A stretch of 64,000 nucleotides of DNA from a candidate division WOR-3 bacterium UBA5631 (GCA_002421425.1 DIJZ01000020.1:825-64824); one strand, 5' to 3'. Counted from the stretch's first letter, positions 21,795 through 32,518 are shown. Program-made: numbers and translations. Notes: a model not told the origin generated them from the letters alone.

Positions 21795-22792
21795 AATTTC
21801 TATTCCCCCTCCTCTCATTCAAAAAGCACGGTGGCATCAGGGTCCTCTCTGCTCTAATGAACGGGCTGACTCGAAACGGTCACGAAGTTTATCTAGCAGT
21901 TCCAAGGAATAATTATGAAGACTTTTATAAACTTAACCCTTCTGTGAAAAAGATCCTTCTTGATTCCACAACTAAGGGCCCTCCCGGAGTGATAAAAACC
22001 CTTCTGCGTCTTTTCCTTAACACACCTAATGTCGACTTTGTGGTTGTCAGCTTTTTCCCAACTTACTATCCTGCGCTTCTTCACAAAATTTTCAAAAAAT
22101 CAAGGATTATCTATTTCCGTGAAGACGCTGAGCAATACTTCTATCCATTCCCATTTTCAATTTTTGCCGAACTGTCTTATCTTCTACCCCAGGACTATAC
22201 ACCCTCCATTTCAAAATGGGTCTTAAGAAAAACCAGAGCAAAAGGCCCTATCCTTCACCCTCCTATCGACAGAAATTTCATTGAACATCCACAAACGAAA
22301 GAAAGAGACTTTTCAACCATCATTATATTCTTTCGAAAGGATCGGCGTAAAGGTCCTGGAGCCGCATTAGAAATAATGAGGAACTCCCTTTTCAACAATT
22401 ACCAATTTATCGTGGTAGGTGAAGACCCAGAAATAAGAGCCCAAAACATAAAACACCTGGGTTTTCTAAGCACTCGAGAACTGCTAAAAGTTTACGACTC
22501 CAGCGGATTCATTATACTCACCTCAAAATTCGAGGGTTTCGGCCTACCGCCCCTGGAGGCAATGGCCAGAGGATGCATACCCTTTATTTTTACTAAAACT
22601 GGACCCCTGGAATATATCAAAAGCGGCAAAAACGGTTTTTTAGTCAGCTCACCTCATGAGATAGCACCGATTCTGGCTCGACTTAAAGATGACATACCAA
22701 AAATTCAGCAGATCTCGAAGAACGCCATAGATACTGCAAAGGAATTCACCGAGGAACGATTTATCTCAAACTTTCTGAAAATGCTGAGCTAA
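21791..22792 (+). CDS. Glycosyltransferase family 4 (GT1 superfamily)
   Basis: C-terminal EGFGLPPLEAMARGCIP motif. ATGA overlap with rpiB. Confidence 0.75.
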   Translation: MKFLFPLLSFKKHGGIRVLSALMNGLTRNGHEVYLAVPRNNYEDFYKLNPSVKKILLDSTTKGPPGVIKTLLRLFLNTPNVDFVVVSFFPTYYPALLHKIFKKSRIIYFREDAEQYFYPFPFSIFAELSYLLPQDYTPSISKWVLRKTRAKGPILHPPIDRNFIEHPQTKERDFSTIIIFFRKDRRKGPGAALEIMRNSLFNNYQFIVVGEDPEIRAQNIKHLGFLSTRELLKVYDSSGFIILTSKFEGFGLPPLEAMARGCIPFIFTKTGPLEYIKSGKNGFLVSSPHEIAPILARLKDDIPKIQQISKNAIDTAKEFTEERFISNFLKMLS

Positions 22793-22841
22793 ATAATCTC
22801 TTTCTTTTGAAAAGCCATAACCTCTTCTTTAAGATTATTCA

Positions 22842-23411
22842 ATGCCTGATTTATTTTACTTTTTAGAAAATGTTTACAGACTCAAAAGGACTCCCCGAGC
22901 TGGATTCTGGTATTACGGAGTCAGAGACCCCGAAACCGTGGCTGATCACATTTTTGGTGTAGCTATTCTTACTTACGTCTTCTGTCATCACCTGAACTCT
23001 GAACAAAAGATGGAATTAAACATTGAAAAAGCATTAAAAATGGCAATAATCCACGAACTCGGGGAAGCCCTCATCGGTGACCTGCACCTTGAATCACGAA
23101 AATACCTTGGTAAATGTGTCGAGGAAGGTGAAAGAAAGGCATTCAGTGAAATGGCTGAATCCCTCCCTGAAAATCTAAAAGAAGAAGTAAAGAACCTGTA
23201 CGAAGAATTTGAAAAAGGCGAGACACCTGAAGCAATGCTGGTAAGGTCTTTGGATAAAGTGGACCTCCTGCTGCAGGCTTACGTTTATGAGAAGTCAGGG
23301 TACAGGAATCTGGACAAATTTTTTGGCGAAAAGAAAAACTTCGAGTTCATTGAAAGAATACCCCAGATTAGGGAATTCATTGCGGAAATGAAAAACAGGA
23401 GAGAAAAATGA
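22842..23411 (+). CDS. HD-domain phosphohydrolase (YfbR-like 5'-deoxynucleotidase)
   Basis: HIFGVAIL...IIHELGEALIGD, the HD metal-binding pattern. 189 aa. Confidence 0.7.
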   Translation: MPDLFYFLENVYRLKRTPRAGFWYYGVRDPETVADHIFGVAILTYVFCHHLNSEQKMELNIEKALKMAIIHELGEALIGDLHLESRKYLGKCVEEGERKAFSEMAESLPENLKEEVKNLYEEFEKGETPEAMLVRSLDKVDLLLQAYVYEKSGYRNLDKFFGEKKNFEFIERIPQIREFIAEMKNRREK

Positions 23412-24046
23412 AGGTATCACCATCAATTCTTGCATGTGATTTTTCAAAACTGAAAGAAGAGGTCAAAAGCGTGGAAGGTGCTGATTTTCTGCACCTCGAT
23501 GTAATGGATGGCGTTTTTGTCCCGAACCTCACCTTCGGACCATTTATGGTTGAAGTAATAAATAAACTCACCAGTATTCCGCTGGAATCTCATCTAATGA
23601 TTATAGATCCGCTGAAGTATATAGATGCTTTCGCTGAAGCAGGATCAGATACGATTATAGTCCATGTAGAATCACGCTCCGACATGATCAAGACCCTGAA
23701 AAAAATAAAAAGCAGGGGAATAAAGTCTGGAATTTGTTTAAATCCTGAGACTCCCTTGAGAACTCTCCTACCACTTTTTGAACTGGTGGATCTGGTTCTC
23801 GTGATGACCGTTAATCCGGGATTCTACGGTCAGAAATTTATGCCCCAGGTCCTTCCAAAACTTGAAAAACTAAGGGAAATCAAAGAAAGTAAGAAATACA
23901 ATTTTTTAATTGAAGTTGATGGTGGTATTAATGAAGAGACCGCAAAAATTGTAGCACCCTACGTGGACATTATTGTTTCTGGAGCCTTTATCTTCTCTTC
24001 AGAAAATAGGGAAGAGAAAATCAACTACTTGAAAAAACTGTCGTGA
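23408..24046 (+). CDS. rpe: Ribulose-phosphate 3-epimerase
   Basis: MKVSPSILACDFSKLKEEV...LHLDVMDGVFVPNLTFG. Confidence 0.9.
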   Translation: MKVSPSILACDFSKLKEEVKSVEGADFLHLDVMDGVFVPNLTFGPFMVEVINKLTSIPLESHLMIIDPLKYIDAFAEAGSDTIIVHVESRSDMIKTLKKIKSRGIKSGICLNPETPLRTLLPLFELVDLVLVMTVNPGFYGQKFMPQVLPKLEKLREIKESKKYNFLIEVDGGINEETAKIVAPYVDIIVSGAFIFSSENREEKINYLKKLS

Positions 24047-24057
24047 TAGGCTATAAT
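24029..24057 (+). promoter_or_regulatory. Sigma70-like promoter of the rpsP-trmD-rplS operon
   Basis: TTGAAA (24029-24034), 17 nt spacer, TATAAT (24052-57), then GGAGG and a GTG start at 24084. It is embedded in the rpe 3' end. Confidence 0.5.
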
Positions 24058-24083
24058 ATTGCACAACGGAAGAGGAGGTAATT

Positions 24084-24335
24084 GTGGTAAAGGTCAGGCT
24101 ACAGCGAATCGGGAAAAGCGGAAGAGCTATCTACAGAATTGTTGTCCAGGAATCAAGGGTTCACAGAGATGGCAAAGTAATAGATGTGATCGGTCATTAC
24201 GATCCTGTTAAAGACATAACGGAAGTAAATTGCGAACTCCTTGAAAAGTGGCTTTCACAGGGGGCACAGATGACCCCCAGAGTCGCAAAACTCTACAAAT
24301 TTTACAAAAAAACAAGGGAAATAGGTGTACAATAA
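24084..24335 (+). CDS. rpsP: 30S ribosomal protein S16
   Basis: GTG start after GGAGG: MVKVRLQRIGKSGRAIYRIVV... Confidence 0.9.
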   Translation: MVKVRLQRIGKSGRAIYRIVVQESRVHRDGKVIDVIGHYDPVKDITEVNCELLEKWLSQGAQMTPRVAKLYKFYKKTREIGVQ

Positions 24336-24347
24336 GGAGGTATAAAG

Positions 24348-24587
24348 ATGGCTGAACTGAAAGAATTGCTCGAGTACATAGTAAAAGAACTCGTAGACAC
24401 TCCGGACCACGTATCAGTAAAAGAGATACCCGGCGAAAAGACAGTGATATTCGAACTGAGAGTAGGCTCTGGCGACCTCGGAAAGGTAATTGGCCGTGAA
24501 GGAAGAACAGCAAAAGCCATTAGGCAGCTCATCCAGGCTGCTGCCATGAGGAGGGGCAAGAGGGCCCACATAGAGATCCTTGAATAA
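24348..24587 (+). CDS. KH-domain RNA-binding protein (YlqC/UPF0109)
   Basis: KVIGREGRTAKAIRQL; 79 aa; canonical position between rpsP and rimM. Confidence 0.8.
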   Translation: MAELKELLEYIVKELVDTPDHVSVKEIPGEKTVIFELRVGSGDLGKVIGREGRTAKAIRQLIQAAAMRRGKRAHIEILE

Positions 24588-25104
24588 AGAGAATCTCACT
24601 GTTGTAGGAAGAATAATAAAAGCCTTTGGACTTCGGGGTGAACTCAAGGTTCACCCCGAAGTGTTTTATGACCACTTTTTCAAATTCAAGCGCTTTATTG
24701 TTATAAGCCCGAGGGGCGGTGAAAAGGTCCTGAGGCCGCTGGAATTTCGCAGTGGTGCAGGGAAAACAATAATAGTGAAGTTCAAGGAAATTGACTCCCG
24801 CGAACTTGCTGAAAAACTTGGGGGGCTTGAACTTATGGTCCCCACTGATGAACTCCCCGAAACTGGTCCCAACGAGTTCTACGTGAAGGACCTTATTGGC
24901 TGTACCGTCTTATTCAATAATGAAGTGGTTGGAAAGGTAAAAGATTTTCTTTTCCAAGGATTTACAGGAAGTATTGTCGTTGAAACCAACGAGCAAAAGG
25001 AAGTTTTCGTTCCCTTCGTTCGACGGTTCGTGAAAGAAGTTAAGACAATGGAAAAGGAAATCTTTTTGGTTGATTTTGATGAACTTTCAAGCATAAATCC
25101 ATGA
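24580..25104 (+). CDS. rimM: Ribosome maturation factor RimM
   Basis: VVGRIIKAFGLRGELKV...; PRC barrel. The TTG start overlaps the KH gene stop. Confidence 0.85.
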   Translation: MNKENLTVVGRIIKAFGLRGELKVHPEVFYDHFFKFKRFIVISPRGGEKVLRPLEFRSGAGKTIIVKFKEIDSRELAEKLGGLELMVPTDELPETGPNEFYVKDLIGCTVLFNNEVVGKVKDFLFQGFTGSIVVETNEQKEVFVPFVRRFVKEVKTMEKEIFLVDFDELSSINP

Positions 25105-25841
25105 AATTCAATATTATCACACTCTTTCCCGAAATCTTTAAGCCATACCTTGAAACTGGTCCTGTAAGAAAGGCCATCGAACTTGGTCAGATAAATGTTG
25201 AGACTTATAATCTCCGTGATTTCGCTCCTTCTCCAAAGGAAGTAGACGATTACCCATTTGGTGGATTCAGCGGTATGGTTCTTAAAATTGGCCCTATTCA
25301 GAAAGTATTGAACAGCATTAGTGATCCAGGCTTTGTAGTCCTTCCATCGCCTCAGGGTAAGATTCTCAATCAGAAAATTGTCGAGGATCTTGCAGAAAAA
25401 AATGTAATTACAGTTATCTGTGGAAGATACAAGGGTATCGATGAAAGAATTATGAAATTCGTGGATTTAGAGCTCTCCTGTGGAGATTATATCCTCTCAG
25501 GAGGAGAAATTCTTGCCTTGATTCTCATCGATGCTATTTCGCGCCTTAAAGAAGGAACACTTGGTGATAAGGATTCCTGTTTGACCGATTCTATCATTTC
25601 CAGTATACTTGATGCACCTTATTATACTCGCCCGAGAAGTTTTATGGGTGAAAAAATCCCTGAGGTTCTCGTATCAGGGGATCATGCGAAGGTAGCAAAA
25701 TGGGCGAGAAAAGAGGCGTTAAGAAGAACGGTTTTAAAAAGGCCGGAACTTCTATATAGTGCAGATCTTACAAAAGAAGATGCGAAGATCTTAAAGGAAA
25801 TTGAGGAGGAGGCTAAAAATGGCAGAAATCAGAGAGATTGA
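25101..25841 (+). CDS. trmD: tRNA (guanine37-N1)-methyltransferase
   Basis: [27 protein letters not shown]...; SPOUT fold. Confidence 0.9.
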   Translation: MKFNIITLFPEIFKPYLETGPVRKAIELGQINVETYNLRDFAPSPKEVDDYPFGGFSGMVLKIGPIQKVLNSISDPGFVVLPSPQGKILNQKIVEDLAEKNVITVICGRYKGIDERIMKFVDLELSCGDYILSGGEILALILIDAISRLKEGTLGDKDSCLTDSIISSILDAPYYTRPRSFMGEKIPEVLVSGDHAKVAKWARKEALRRTVLKRPELLYSADLTKEDAKILKEIEEEAKNGRNQRD

Positions 25842-26190
25842 AAAAGAATTTATGAGGACTGACATTCCAGACTTTGGACCCGGTGACACTGTCAGGGTTC
25901 ATGTGAAGATAAAGGAACTAAAAGAAGACCCAAAATCAAAACAGCTGGTAGAAAAGGTTAGAACCCAGCCCTTCGAAGGTGTTGTAATCAGAAGAAGGGG
26001 AAGTGGACTTTCAGAAACTTTCACTGTCAGAAAGGTTACCCAGGGAGTAGGAATTGAGAAAGTTTTTCCTGTCCATTCGCCAGTCATTGAAAAGATCGAA
26101 GTTCTTAGAAAAGGAAAAGTTAGAAGGGCAAGGATTTACTATCTAAGGGAAAGAAAAGGCAAGAAAGCAAGAATTCGTGAAAAGATTTGA
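25819..26190 (+). CDS. rplS: 50S ribosomal protein L19
   Basis: [31 protein letters not shown]..., preceded by GAGGAGGAGG. The ORF track's TTG at 25801 is an upstream extension. Confidence 0.9.
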   Translation: MAEIREIEKEFMRTDIPDFGPGDTVRVHVKIKELKEDPKSKQLVEKVRTQPFEGVVIRRRGSGLSETFTVRKVTQGVGIEKVFPVHSPVIEKIEVLRKGKVRRARIYYLRERKGKKARIREKI

Positions 26191-26623
26191 GGTAATCTTT
26201 TTCCTTATTGTCTTTGCCTGCTGCTCCGGACCGAAGAAGATAAATATAGCAAAACCTCTAACTCAAATCAAGATTAAAAATAGGATTCTTTATGTCCGTA
26301 TAGCTTCTTCTCCAGAGGAATGGGAAAAGGGATTAATGTTCACTGAATCCCTTCCAGACTCCGAAGGGATGCTCTTTATTTTTCCTGAACCCAGAATAGC
26401 ATCCTTCTGGATGAAAAACACCCCCATAGACCTTTCCATCGCATACATTGACTCCTCTGGAATTATTCAGGAAATTCACGACCTAAAGGCATATAGCGAA
26501 GATCCAGCTATCTCAAAAAGCCTGGTCAAATATGCCCTTGAGGTAAATAAAGGATGGTTCACGGAAAACCAAATCCACATATTAGATACTGTAGAATTCC
26601 CTGAGGAATTTAAATCTCCCTGA
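26177..26623 (+). CDS. DUF192 family protein (secreted or lipoprotein)
   Basis: N-terminal hydrophobic plus CC; core ...[29 protein letters not shown] is DUF192-like. Confidence 0.55.
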   Translation: MKRFEVIFFLIVFACCSGPKKINIAKPLTQIKIKNRILYVRIASSPEEWEKGLMFTESLPDSEGMLFIFPEPRIASFWMKNTPIDLSIAYIDSSGIIQEIHDLKAYSEDPAISKSLVKYALEVNKGWFTENQIHILDTVEFPEEFKSP

Positions 26624-26651
26624 AAGTCTTCAGGCGTAAATTCTTATATCT

Positions 26652-27206
26652 TTAGAACTGAACTCTTGGTGCTTCCCTCTCTCCAGGCTCTCCTATCTCG
26701 AAGAAAGTCTCCGCTTTAAAGCCAAACATTGAGGCTACGATATTAGATGGGAACACCATGATTCTCGTGTTATAGTCTCTGACCACAGCGTTGTAATATC
26801 TTCTCGCACTCTGAATAGCCTCTTCAATGTTGGAAAGCTCCTGCTGAAGCATAATGAAGTTTTCGTTGGCTTTGAGATTGGGATAGTTTTCAACAACCGC
26901 AAAGAGCTGGCGCAGGGCCTGGGTCAACACATTCTCGGACTTCATCTTCTCATCTGGTCCCTGAGCTTGCACGGCCATTTGCCTTGCTTTAATTACGTTT
27001 TCAAGGGTTGTCCTTTCATGGGCGGCATAACCTTTAACGGTTTCTACCAGGTTAGGAACCAGGTCATGTCTTTTCTTCAGCTGAACATCAATATCTGCAA
27101 AGGCATTCCTGACGAGAACTTTCAGTCGCACAAGGCTGTTGTAGATGGAAATGAATACTACGAGAAGAATTCCAATTATTAAAAGTGCTATTAGAAATCC
27201 GCTCAT
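26652..27206 (-). CDS. lemA: LemA family membrane protein
   Basis: N-terminal TM then NSLVRLKVLVRNAFADIDVQLKKRHDLVPNLVETVKGYAAHE, the LemA signature. Confidence 0.8.
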   Translation of the reverse strand: MSGFLIALLIIGILLVVFISIYNSLVRLKVLVRNAFADIDVQLKKRHDLVPNLVETVKGYAAHERTTLENVIKARQMAVQAQGPDEKMKSENVLTQALRQLFAVVENYPNLKANENFIMLQQELSNIEEAIQSARRYYNAVVRDYNTRIMVFPSNIVASMFGFKAETFFEIGEPGEREAPRVQF

Positions 27207-27565
27207 TTCAAAAATCCTTTCCTGAAATACACGGCGTCATCAAGGTTCCTCGCACCGTATATACCTACTTTCTCTTTCCCTCTGACCTCCATCCGGATGA
27301 AGACGTCTTCCCCAAATTGCGGTAAATCCTTAAAATTAAAACTTCTCTTGTCAACTTTCACAGGTCTTTCGTTTATGTACACGTAATTAGAATCACTGGA
27401 GACCCCCATAAACATACCGCTAACGGTATTAATGAGCGCCTCATGCTCCTCCTCGGTAAGTACGCTTTTCTGCAGAACCTTAGGCATTATAACACTCTGA
27501 GTAACCTCTATGCCGCCGGTCTGCCCAAAAATTATCATTGAAAATATTATCGCGATCATATTCAA
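27203..27565 (-). CDS. Hypothetical small exported/membrane protein, last gene before lemA in the pilus operon
   Basis: 120 aa; N-terminal hydrophobic segment MNMIAIIFSMIIFGQ. ATGA overlap with lemA. No recognisable family. Confidence 0.4.
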   Translation of the reverse strand: MNMIAIIFSMIIFGQTGGIEVTQSVIMPKVLQKSVLTEEEHEALINTVSGMFMGVSSDSNYVYINERPVKVDKRSFNFKDLPQFGEDVFIRMEVRGKEKVGIYGARNLDDAVYFRKGFLK

Positions 27566-27571
27566 ACCTCC

Positions 27572-30500
27572 TTAAAAGTTTGCTGGTCTCCAGATTCTGG
27601 CACCACTTTTTGGACTGAAAGGAAGTTCCGTCTGAATCTGAACAATTTCACCAGTAGCCGTTTGCACAAAGGCCGTAGCTTCCTGTCGAGAACCAATCTG
27701 AACTGCAGGGGATGCAGGCATACCTTCCACCTGAATTTTCGTGATCGCATATTGCTGCAGGTTCAATCCAAGAGGTGCATTAGAGGCGGCAGTACCAGTT
27801 TTGTAAAAGAGAACATATAGCCACCCCTGACCACCAAATCCGCAGGGATCATCTACAACCTTGTATGTAGTGAAAAATACAGCGCCACCAAGAACCAGAG
27901 GAAAGTTTAGACTTTTCTCCCCGGCAGCCAGTTGAATGTACCAGCCCTTATATTTCCGGTTCACTGAATCTACGAAGGCCGCATAGGAGAGATTCCCCAT
28001 TCCCGGAATATTTTCTACCGTAACATTTCCCGAAGCTGTATCCGCTTTGACTCTTATGGCTGTGGCATTTAGAAAATCTGACAGGGAATGGCTTGGCGAT
28101 GTTTGGCTTGTGTATCCGCCATTCCAATAGTTATCCCTAAAACCGATGAAATAATGGTTCAGGTTATCCGCCTCATCCTCGTCGGTGAAGTACTTTCCGC
28201 TTCCGAAGAAGACCCAGAGGTTTCCATACTCATCCATTGAGACTGCAGACCCGGACGTAAGTGGCCTGTCAAGCCTTACTGCCATTGAAAGCTGCCAGTC
28301 ATTAGGATTTATTTTGTTACCTGTAACAATTCTGTAAAGAGCACCTTTTTCATTTACAGTGTTGCCCTGCGTTTCAAAATAGGTTGTCGGAAGATAGATT
28401 ACGTCACAACTATAATCAAGCCTGACGTCAACTGAAACGGGGTTACCACAGAAGGCCCCAACAGTCTGATTTGAAGGGTAAGGAATCGTAATTTTTCTAA
28501 GAAGCTGACCAGTGGCAAGGTCAAGGATATAAAAATATGCATTCTGATCAGAACTATGGCCAGTTGGAGTACTGGTGGTACCTGATCCAAATACAACAAA
28601 CCACTTTTCCTGACCGCCCTCTATAACTTTCAGCACCGACGGATAAGATATCGTATATCCAAGATCTGGATCTGTGAACTCCCACAGAATTCTCGGGTTA
28701 TCTGGGTTTGAAATGTCCAGCATAAAGTATGAAGACTTAAAAGTATTTATGCCAACAGTAATTGGAGTTCCACCAAACCTCATCCCTACGATGGCCACAG
28801 TACCCCAACCCTCAGGGTGGTCTCCATCATCAGCAAAGATCTTGACATCGGTTATCTTTGGCTTCAGATCAACGTAATACACGTGGCAGTACCGTGGGTC
28901 CCTAAGCCATTTGAGATGTGGTAAAAGGTTCATAGGAATAACTGCCCAGAGCTCTTCTCCAAGATTCTTTCCCAGGCCTCTGAGCTCCCTTTGAGCAGTA
29001 TCAAACACACCCGCATTGAAGGCATGGAGCATGCCGTCGTTTGCCCCAACTAATACAATATTTCGCCTGTCTTTCTTCTCGTTATAGAACTCTCTGTAGG
29101 AAACGTCATCATAGATCAAATCATATCTTTCTGTTGGTTTCCCAACAAAAGACGGCGTCGAATAAACTATATCACCAAGTTTCCAGACTTTGTTTGGCTC
29201 ATAAAGTCTTGAACGCCATTCAGGATTATTGTATTCAACACCTCTAATGTATTCAATCAAGGAATCCTTGAAGGCATCAGACCCCTGCAAATACTGTGAA
29301 AAGACAGTCCGGTTGGAAACTGTAAAGTCCACAAGATTAAAGGTAGACCCACTTTTCACTACAGCTTTTATGTTTCTCCGAGCTGGGTCAGCGTTCAGAA
29401 GTCGAGTACCCGCGTTCCAGAGAAAGTTCAACTCCCAGATTCCTTTCTCGTCAACCTTGTAGATAGGAGTATCATTTTCCACATACCATCTCTCAGCCTT
29501 TGTTTCGTTCCCTTCAACCTTGAATTTTATTATGTAATCATTATCAGTGAGTTTCGCATTACCGTCGGTATCTTCTCTCAAATTTCCGTATTTATCAACG
29601 AAGTAAGCGCCAAGCTGACCAATCCAGTTCAACTCACCAAAAACAGTGTTGATGGAGGGCTGGAAGAAGGCCTGATACATAGTTCCCTCACCTTTTTGAG
29701 TTTGAGAAATGACCGATACAGCAGTAGCAGAACCTACTCTTCTCATAATGTCGAGAATAGCGTTCATTATTGCTCTTTCTACTTCCCATCCGTCCTCAGC
29801 TTCATAGTAAGTATCAGGTACACCATCGCCGTTCTGGTCCCACTCTCTATCCAGATCCGGCCTTCTATTTCCATTGTAGTCGATAAAACCGCCATCCTTA
29901 CAAGCTTCTCTTAAAAGGCCATGCCCTCTTCCAAAGACATAGACACCGTACAGTGTAAGTTCCTGGGTACCAGCTATGCCTGCTCTAAGGTCATTGGTGT
30001 GCATCCAAAGAGCCACATCGTCAAGATAGTGTCCGTTGTAAGGATCAATACTGCCATCTATGTAAGAAGGTTCGTTTCCATCACCATCGTAGTCACCCAC
30101 ATACTGCTGAAGTTTAATGTCCCTATCCCTTGTAGCTTCACCATCGGTGAGCAGTAATACAAAGGACTTTCTGCACCAGTAGGTGCTATCCATCGGATCC
30201 CATTGCTTCCCTGTTTTATAATTTGTTTTATCAAAATAAGGTGCCCTTTGCTGGAAATACCCTGCTGTTTCAAGAAGACACTCTGCCAGAGGTGTCCAGG
30301 TTTCCGGGCTTGTATTTTGTATTGCATTTACAAAGTCACTCATCGAGGAATTGTCCTGATAATAGCTCGTCACGCTACCTGCATCATGGTCGTTTAAACC
30401 ACTCACTTCCTGCCCTGACGCATTCATCTCCTTTCCATTACCTTTATTGTTAAAGTTTATGAGCCAGAATCTCGCTGCATCATCATCCCATCTGCCGTCG

Positions 30501-31150
30501 GCATCTTTATCACCAAGCTTTTGAATTACACCTCGGGAGAAGGTTGAGTCAATCTCAACCTTATTTGTAGCGGAAGAGATCACCGTACTCCAGTTTTGGG
30601 TCCCTACCTGACGCCTTTCTATTGTAATATTATTTGTCTGTCCTGCAGTTCCCCATACATAAAATTCGTACTGATAATCAATTCCCCCCACTCTGAAAGT
30701 TGCATATTTTGTCCAATTACCTCTGGATTCACACTCAATCGTATGAGCAAAACCGCGAACACTTCTGGCCAAAGCTTTACCGCCAACTAAAACCTTCTTG
30801 AGAACGCTCATTCTGGACATTATCGCCCAGTTCAGTACGTTTCCTGGCCAATAGTTATAATAATCTGCAGGTTGATTTACAGGCTCCCAACCGTTGGAAT
30901 ACCGATAAACGGCGTTCGGATCAAAATATCCATAGTAACTCCGAGATGGATCGTAATTATCATATGTGTTTGCAGACCAGTTCCAGTAGGCAGGATCCCC
31001 CATGGAACCGGAATTATCCATTATTACAAAGATATTGGGATTTACTTTCTGGGCTAAAAAGGGTGGAATGTTGCAGGGCATTCCAGCCTCCTGAGCCCAT
31101 AGCCACGACATTCCTAACAATATAATTAACAGAATTTTTTTGTTTAACAT
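27572..31150 (-). CDS. pilY1: PilY1-like type IV pilus tip adhesin (N-terminal vWA plus C-terminal PilC/PilY1 beta-propeller)
   Basis: 1192 aa. Signal peptide ...SWLWAQ. MIDAS IFVIMDNSGSMGD. C-terminal FFGSGKYFTDEDEADN propeller motif. Lies downstream of pilVWX-like genes. Confidence 0.7.
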   Translation of the reverse strand: MLNKKILLIILLGMSWLWAQEAGMPCNIPPFLAQKVNPNIFVIMDNSGSMGDPAYWNWSANTYDNYDPSRSYYGYFDPNAVYRYSNGWEPVNQPADYYNYWPGNVLNWAIMSRMSVLKKVLVGGKALARSVRGFAHTIECESRGNWTKYATFRVGGIDYQYEFYVWGTAGQTNNITIERRQVGTQNWSTVISSATNKVEIDSTFSRGVIQKLGDKDADGRWDDDAARFWLINFNNKGNGKEMNASGQEVSGLNDHDAGSVTSYYQDNSSMSDFVNAIQNTSPETWTPLAECLLETAGYFQQRAPYFDKTNYKTGKQWDPMDSTYWCRKSFVLLLTDGEATRDRDIKLQQYVGDYDGDGNEPSYIDGSIDPYNGHYLDDVALWMHTNDLRAGIAGTQELTLYGVYVFGRGHGLLREACKDGGFIDYNGNRRPDLDREWDQNGDGVPDTYYEAEDGWEVERAIMNAILDIMRRVGSATAVSVISQTQKGEGTMYQAFFQPSINTVFGELNWIGQLGAYFVDKYGNLREDTDGNAKLTDNDYIIKFKVEGNETKAERWYVENDTPIYKVDEKGIWELNFLWNAGTRLLNADPARRNIKAVVKSGSTFNLVDFTVSNRTVFSQYLQGSDAFKDSLIEYIRGVEYNNPEWRSRLYEPNKVWKLGDIVYSTPSFVGKPTERYDLIYDDVSYREFYNEKKDRRNIVLVGANDGMLHAFNAGVFDTAQRELRGLGKNLGEELWAVIPMNLLPHLKWLRDPRYCHVYYVDLKPKITDVKIFADDGDHPEGWGTVAIVGMRFGGTPITVGINTFKSSYFMLDISNPDNPRILWEFTDPDLGYTISYPSVLKVIEGGQEKWFVVFGSGTTSTPTGHSSDQNAYFYILDLATGQLLRKITIPYPSNQTVGAFCGNPVSVDVRLDYSCDVIYLPTTYFETQGNTVNEKGALYRIVTGNKINPNDWQLSMAVRLDRPLTSGSAVSMDEYGNLWVFFGSGKYFTDEDEADNLNHYFIGFRDNYWNGGYTSQTSPSHSLSDFLNATAIRVKADTASGNVTVENIPGMGNLSYAAFVDSVNRKYKGWYIQLAAGEKSLNFPLVLGGAVFFTTYKVVDDPCGFGGQGWLYVLFYKTGTAASNAPLGLNLQQYAITKIQVEGMPASPAVQIGSRQEATAFVQTATGEIVQIQTELPFSPKSGARIWRPANF

Positions 31151-31169
31151 TTTGCACCCCTTTCCTAAT

Positions 31170-31619
31170 TTATTGTGCTATTACACCAATAACCCTTCTA
31201 TATAGGACTTCAAGTTCAATTCTATCCTCAGGTCCAGCCTGGGCCCGAGAAAGAATCCCGTAGAATATCGCGGCACCGCCTCCACCCACTCCTCTACCCA
31301 ATCCTTCATAAGCTGCTGCAAATTCTAGAGAACCTCCCTTCTCCGTTACCACAAAAAGCCTTTGAGGAGTTGCCACTACGTTTCTTCCCCCGATCTCCCG
31401 ATTTATCGCATCCATTTGTCTCCCCTCATTCTCTGCAGCCCAGATCTCACTTACCGCCAGTTCAACCCCTCCCTCAGCAGCTTCGAAAGTAGTTAAAGCA
31501 CGTCTTGAAATTCCGGTTATCTTCATGCCTCTCTGCACCAGAACCGCTGTAATACCAGCTATAACTACAATAAATGCAGTCACAAGTATTACCGTAATTA
31601 AAGCAATTCCCTTTCTCAT
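31170..31619 (-). CDS. pilX: PilX-like minor pilin
   Basis: MRKG|IALITVILVTAFIVVIAGI, a prepilin-like hydrophobic N-terminus lacking E5 (as in PilX). ATGA overlap with the upstream gene. Confidence 0.5.
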   Translation of the reverse strand: MRKGIALITVILVTAFIVVIAGITAVLVQRGMKITGISRRALTTFEAAEGGVELAVSEIWAAENEGRQMDAINREIGGRNVVATPQRLFVVTEKGGSLEFAAAYEGLGRGVGGGGAAIFYGILSRAQAGPEDRIELEVLYRRVIGVIAQ

Positions 31620-32518
31620 CGCACATTCCTCACTTTTACGTCTATGGAATAAAATCTTCTCCGCCTCATCTTTGCTTCTGTTCCGAGATTGTAGGTATGG
31701 TCCTCAACTGTGATCTGGTCTTGGGGGAACGTATATTCTCTGTCTATGTTTCCAACAAGAACGATATTGGGCCTTACGGTCTTTAGTAAGGAATTGAAAT
31801 CTGCAATCCCCTGAGGATTCCATAGCCTTTCACCCGTGTTCTCTACACCATTCCTGTTAAAATCTACCCAGTACGCCAGCTGAAAGTCCTCAACCCCCGT
31901 TAGAAAAGGTTCATTGTTCCTGAATAATGTGTCATTTCGAAGCCAATAGATTACCTGCGCTACCTGTCCGCCAGGAACTGTATATACGAAGTTTCCTGCA
32001 GCAGTCTGGACATTTTGCGAAAGAGAAAGCCTGTAGGCTGGCAGGGTATTGTAGGTGAGAACCTCTCTATCTGTCACACGAACGGGCTGGGTAACTATAA
32101 GGTTCTTTTTATCGTCCATAACAATAACATAGTCATCCTTATGGATATCTACCCTGTCGTCACCCCACCTTCTCACAATAATCTCATTAGCGGCAAAGAT
32201 ATCAAGGGTATAACTCCACCTTGTGGTTCCACCAACCACGAAGCCGGTGCTTCTAAGTATCAAAGAGTCTGGAGCATTGCTTTTGTTAATTCCGGCAACC
32301 GGGTTTACCGACGCCGGGACTCCATATCCAGCCATCAGAATATCCCACTTCATAATGTTAAAGGCCTGCTGAATGTCGGTTTGAAGCATCGAGATGCTCT
32401 GCTGTGTAGATGCAGTTCGGATCTGAGAACGGTATACCACAAAAACACCCGTGAGCAAAACACTCAGGATACCTAATGCTACAATTATTTCAATTAGTGT
32501 AACTCCCCTTCTCTTCAT
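31616..32518 (-). CDS. pilW: PilW-like minor pilin
   Basis: MKRRG|VTLIEIIVALGILSVLL, a class III signal with E5. 300 aa. Confidence 0.6.
   Translation of the reverse strand: MKRRGVTLIEIIVALGILSVLLTGVFVVYRSQIRTASTQQSISMLQTDIQQAFNIMKWDILMAGYGVPASVNPVAGINKSNAPDSLILRSTGFVVGGTTRWSYTLDIFAANEIIVRRWGDDRVDIHKDDYVIVMDDKKNLIVTQPVRVTDREVLTYNTLPAYRLSLSQNVQTAAGNFVYTVPGGQVAQVIYWLRNDTLFRNNEPFLTGVEDFQLAYWVDFNRNGVENTGERLWNPQGIADFNSLLKTVRPNIVLVGNIDREYTFPQDQITVEDHTYNLGTEAKMRRRRFYSIDVKVRNVR

Noticed and set aside
21630-22226. Short ORFs at 21630-21818 (-), 21893-22084 (-) and 22029-22226 (+)
   Set aside because: They overlap the well-supported rpiB and GT4 genes in other frames.
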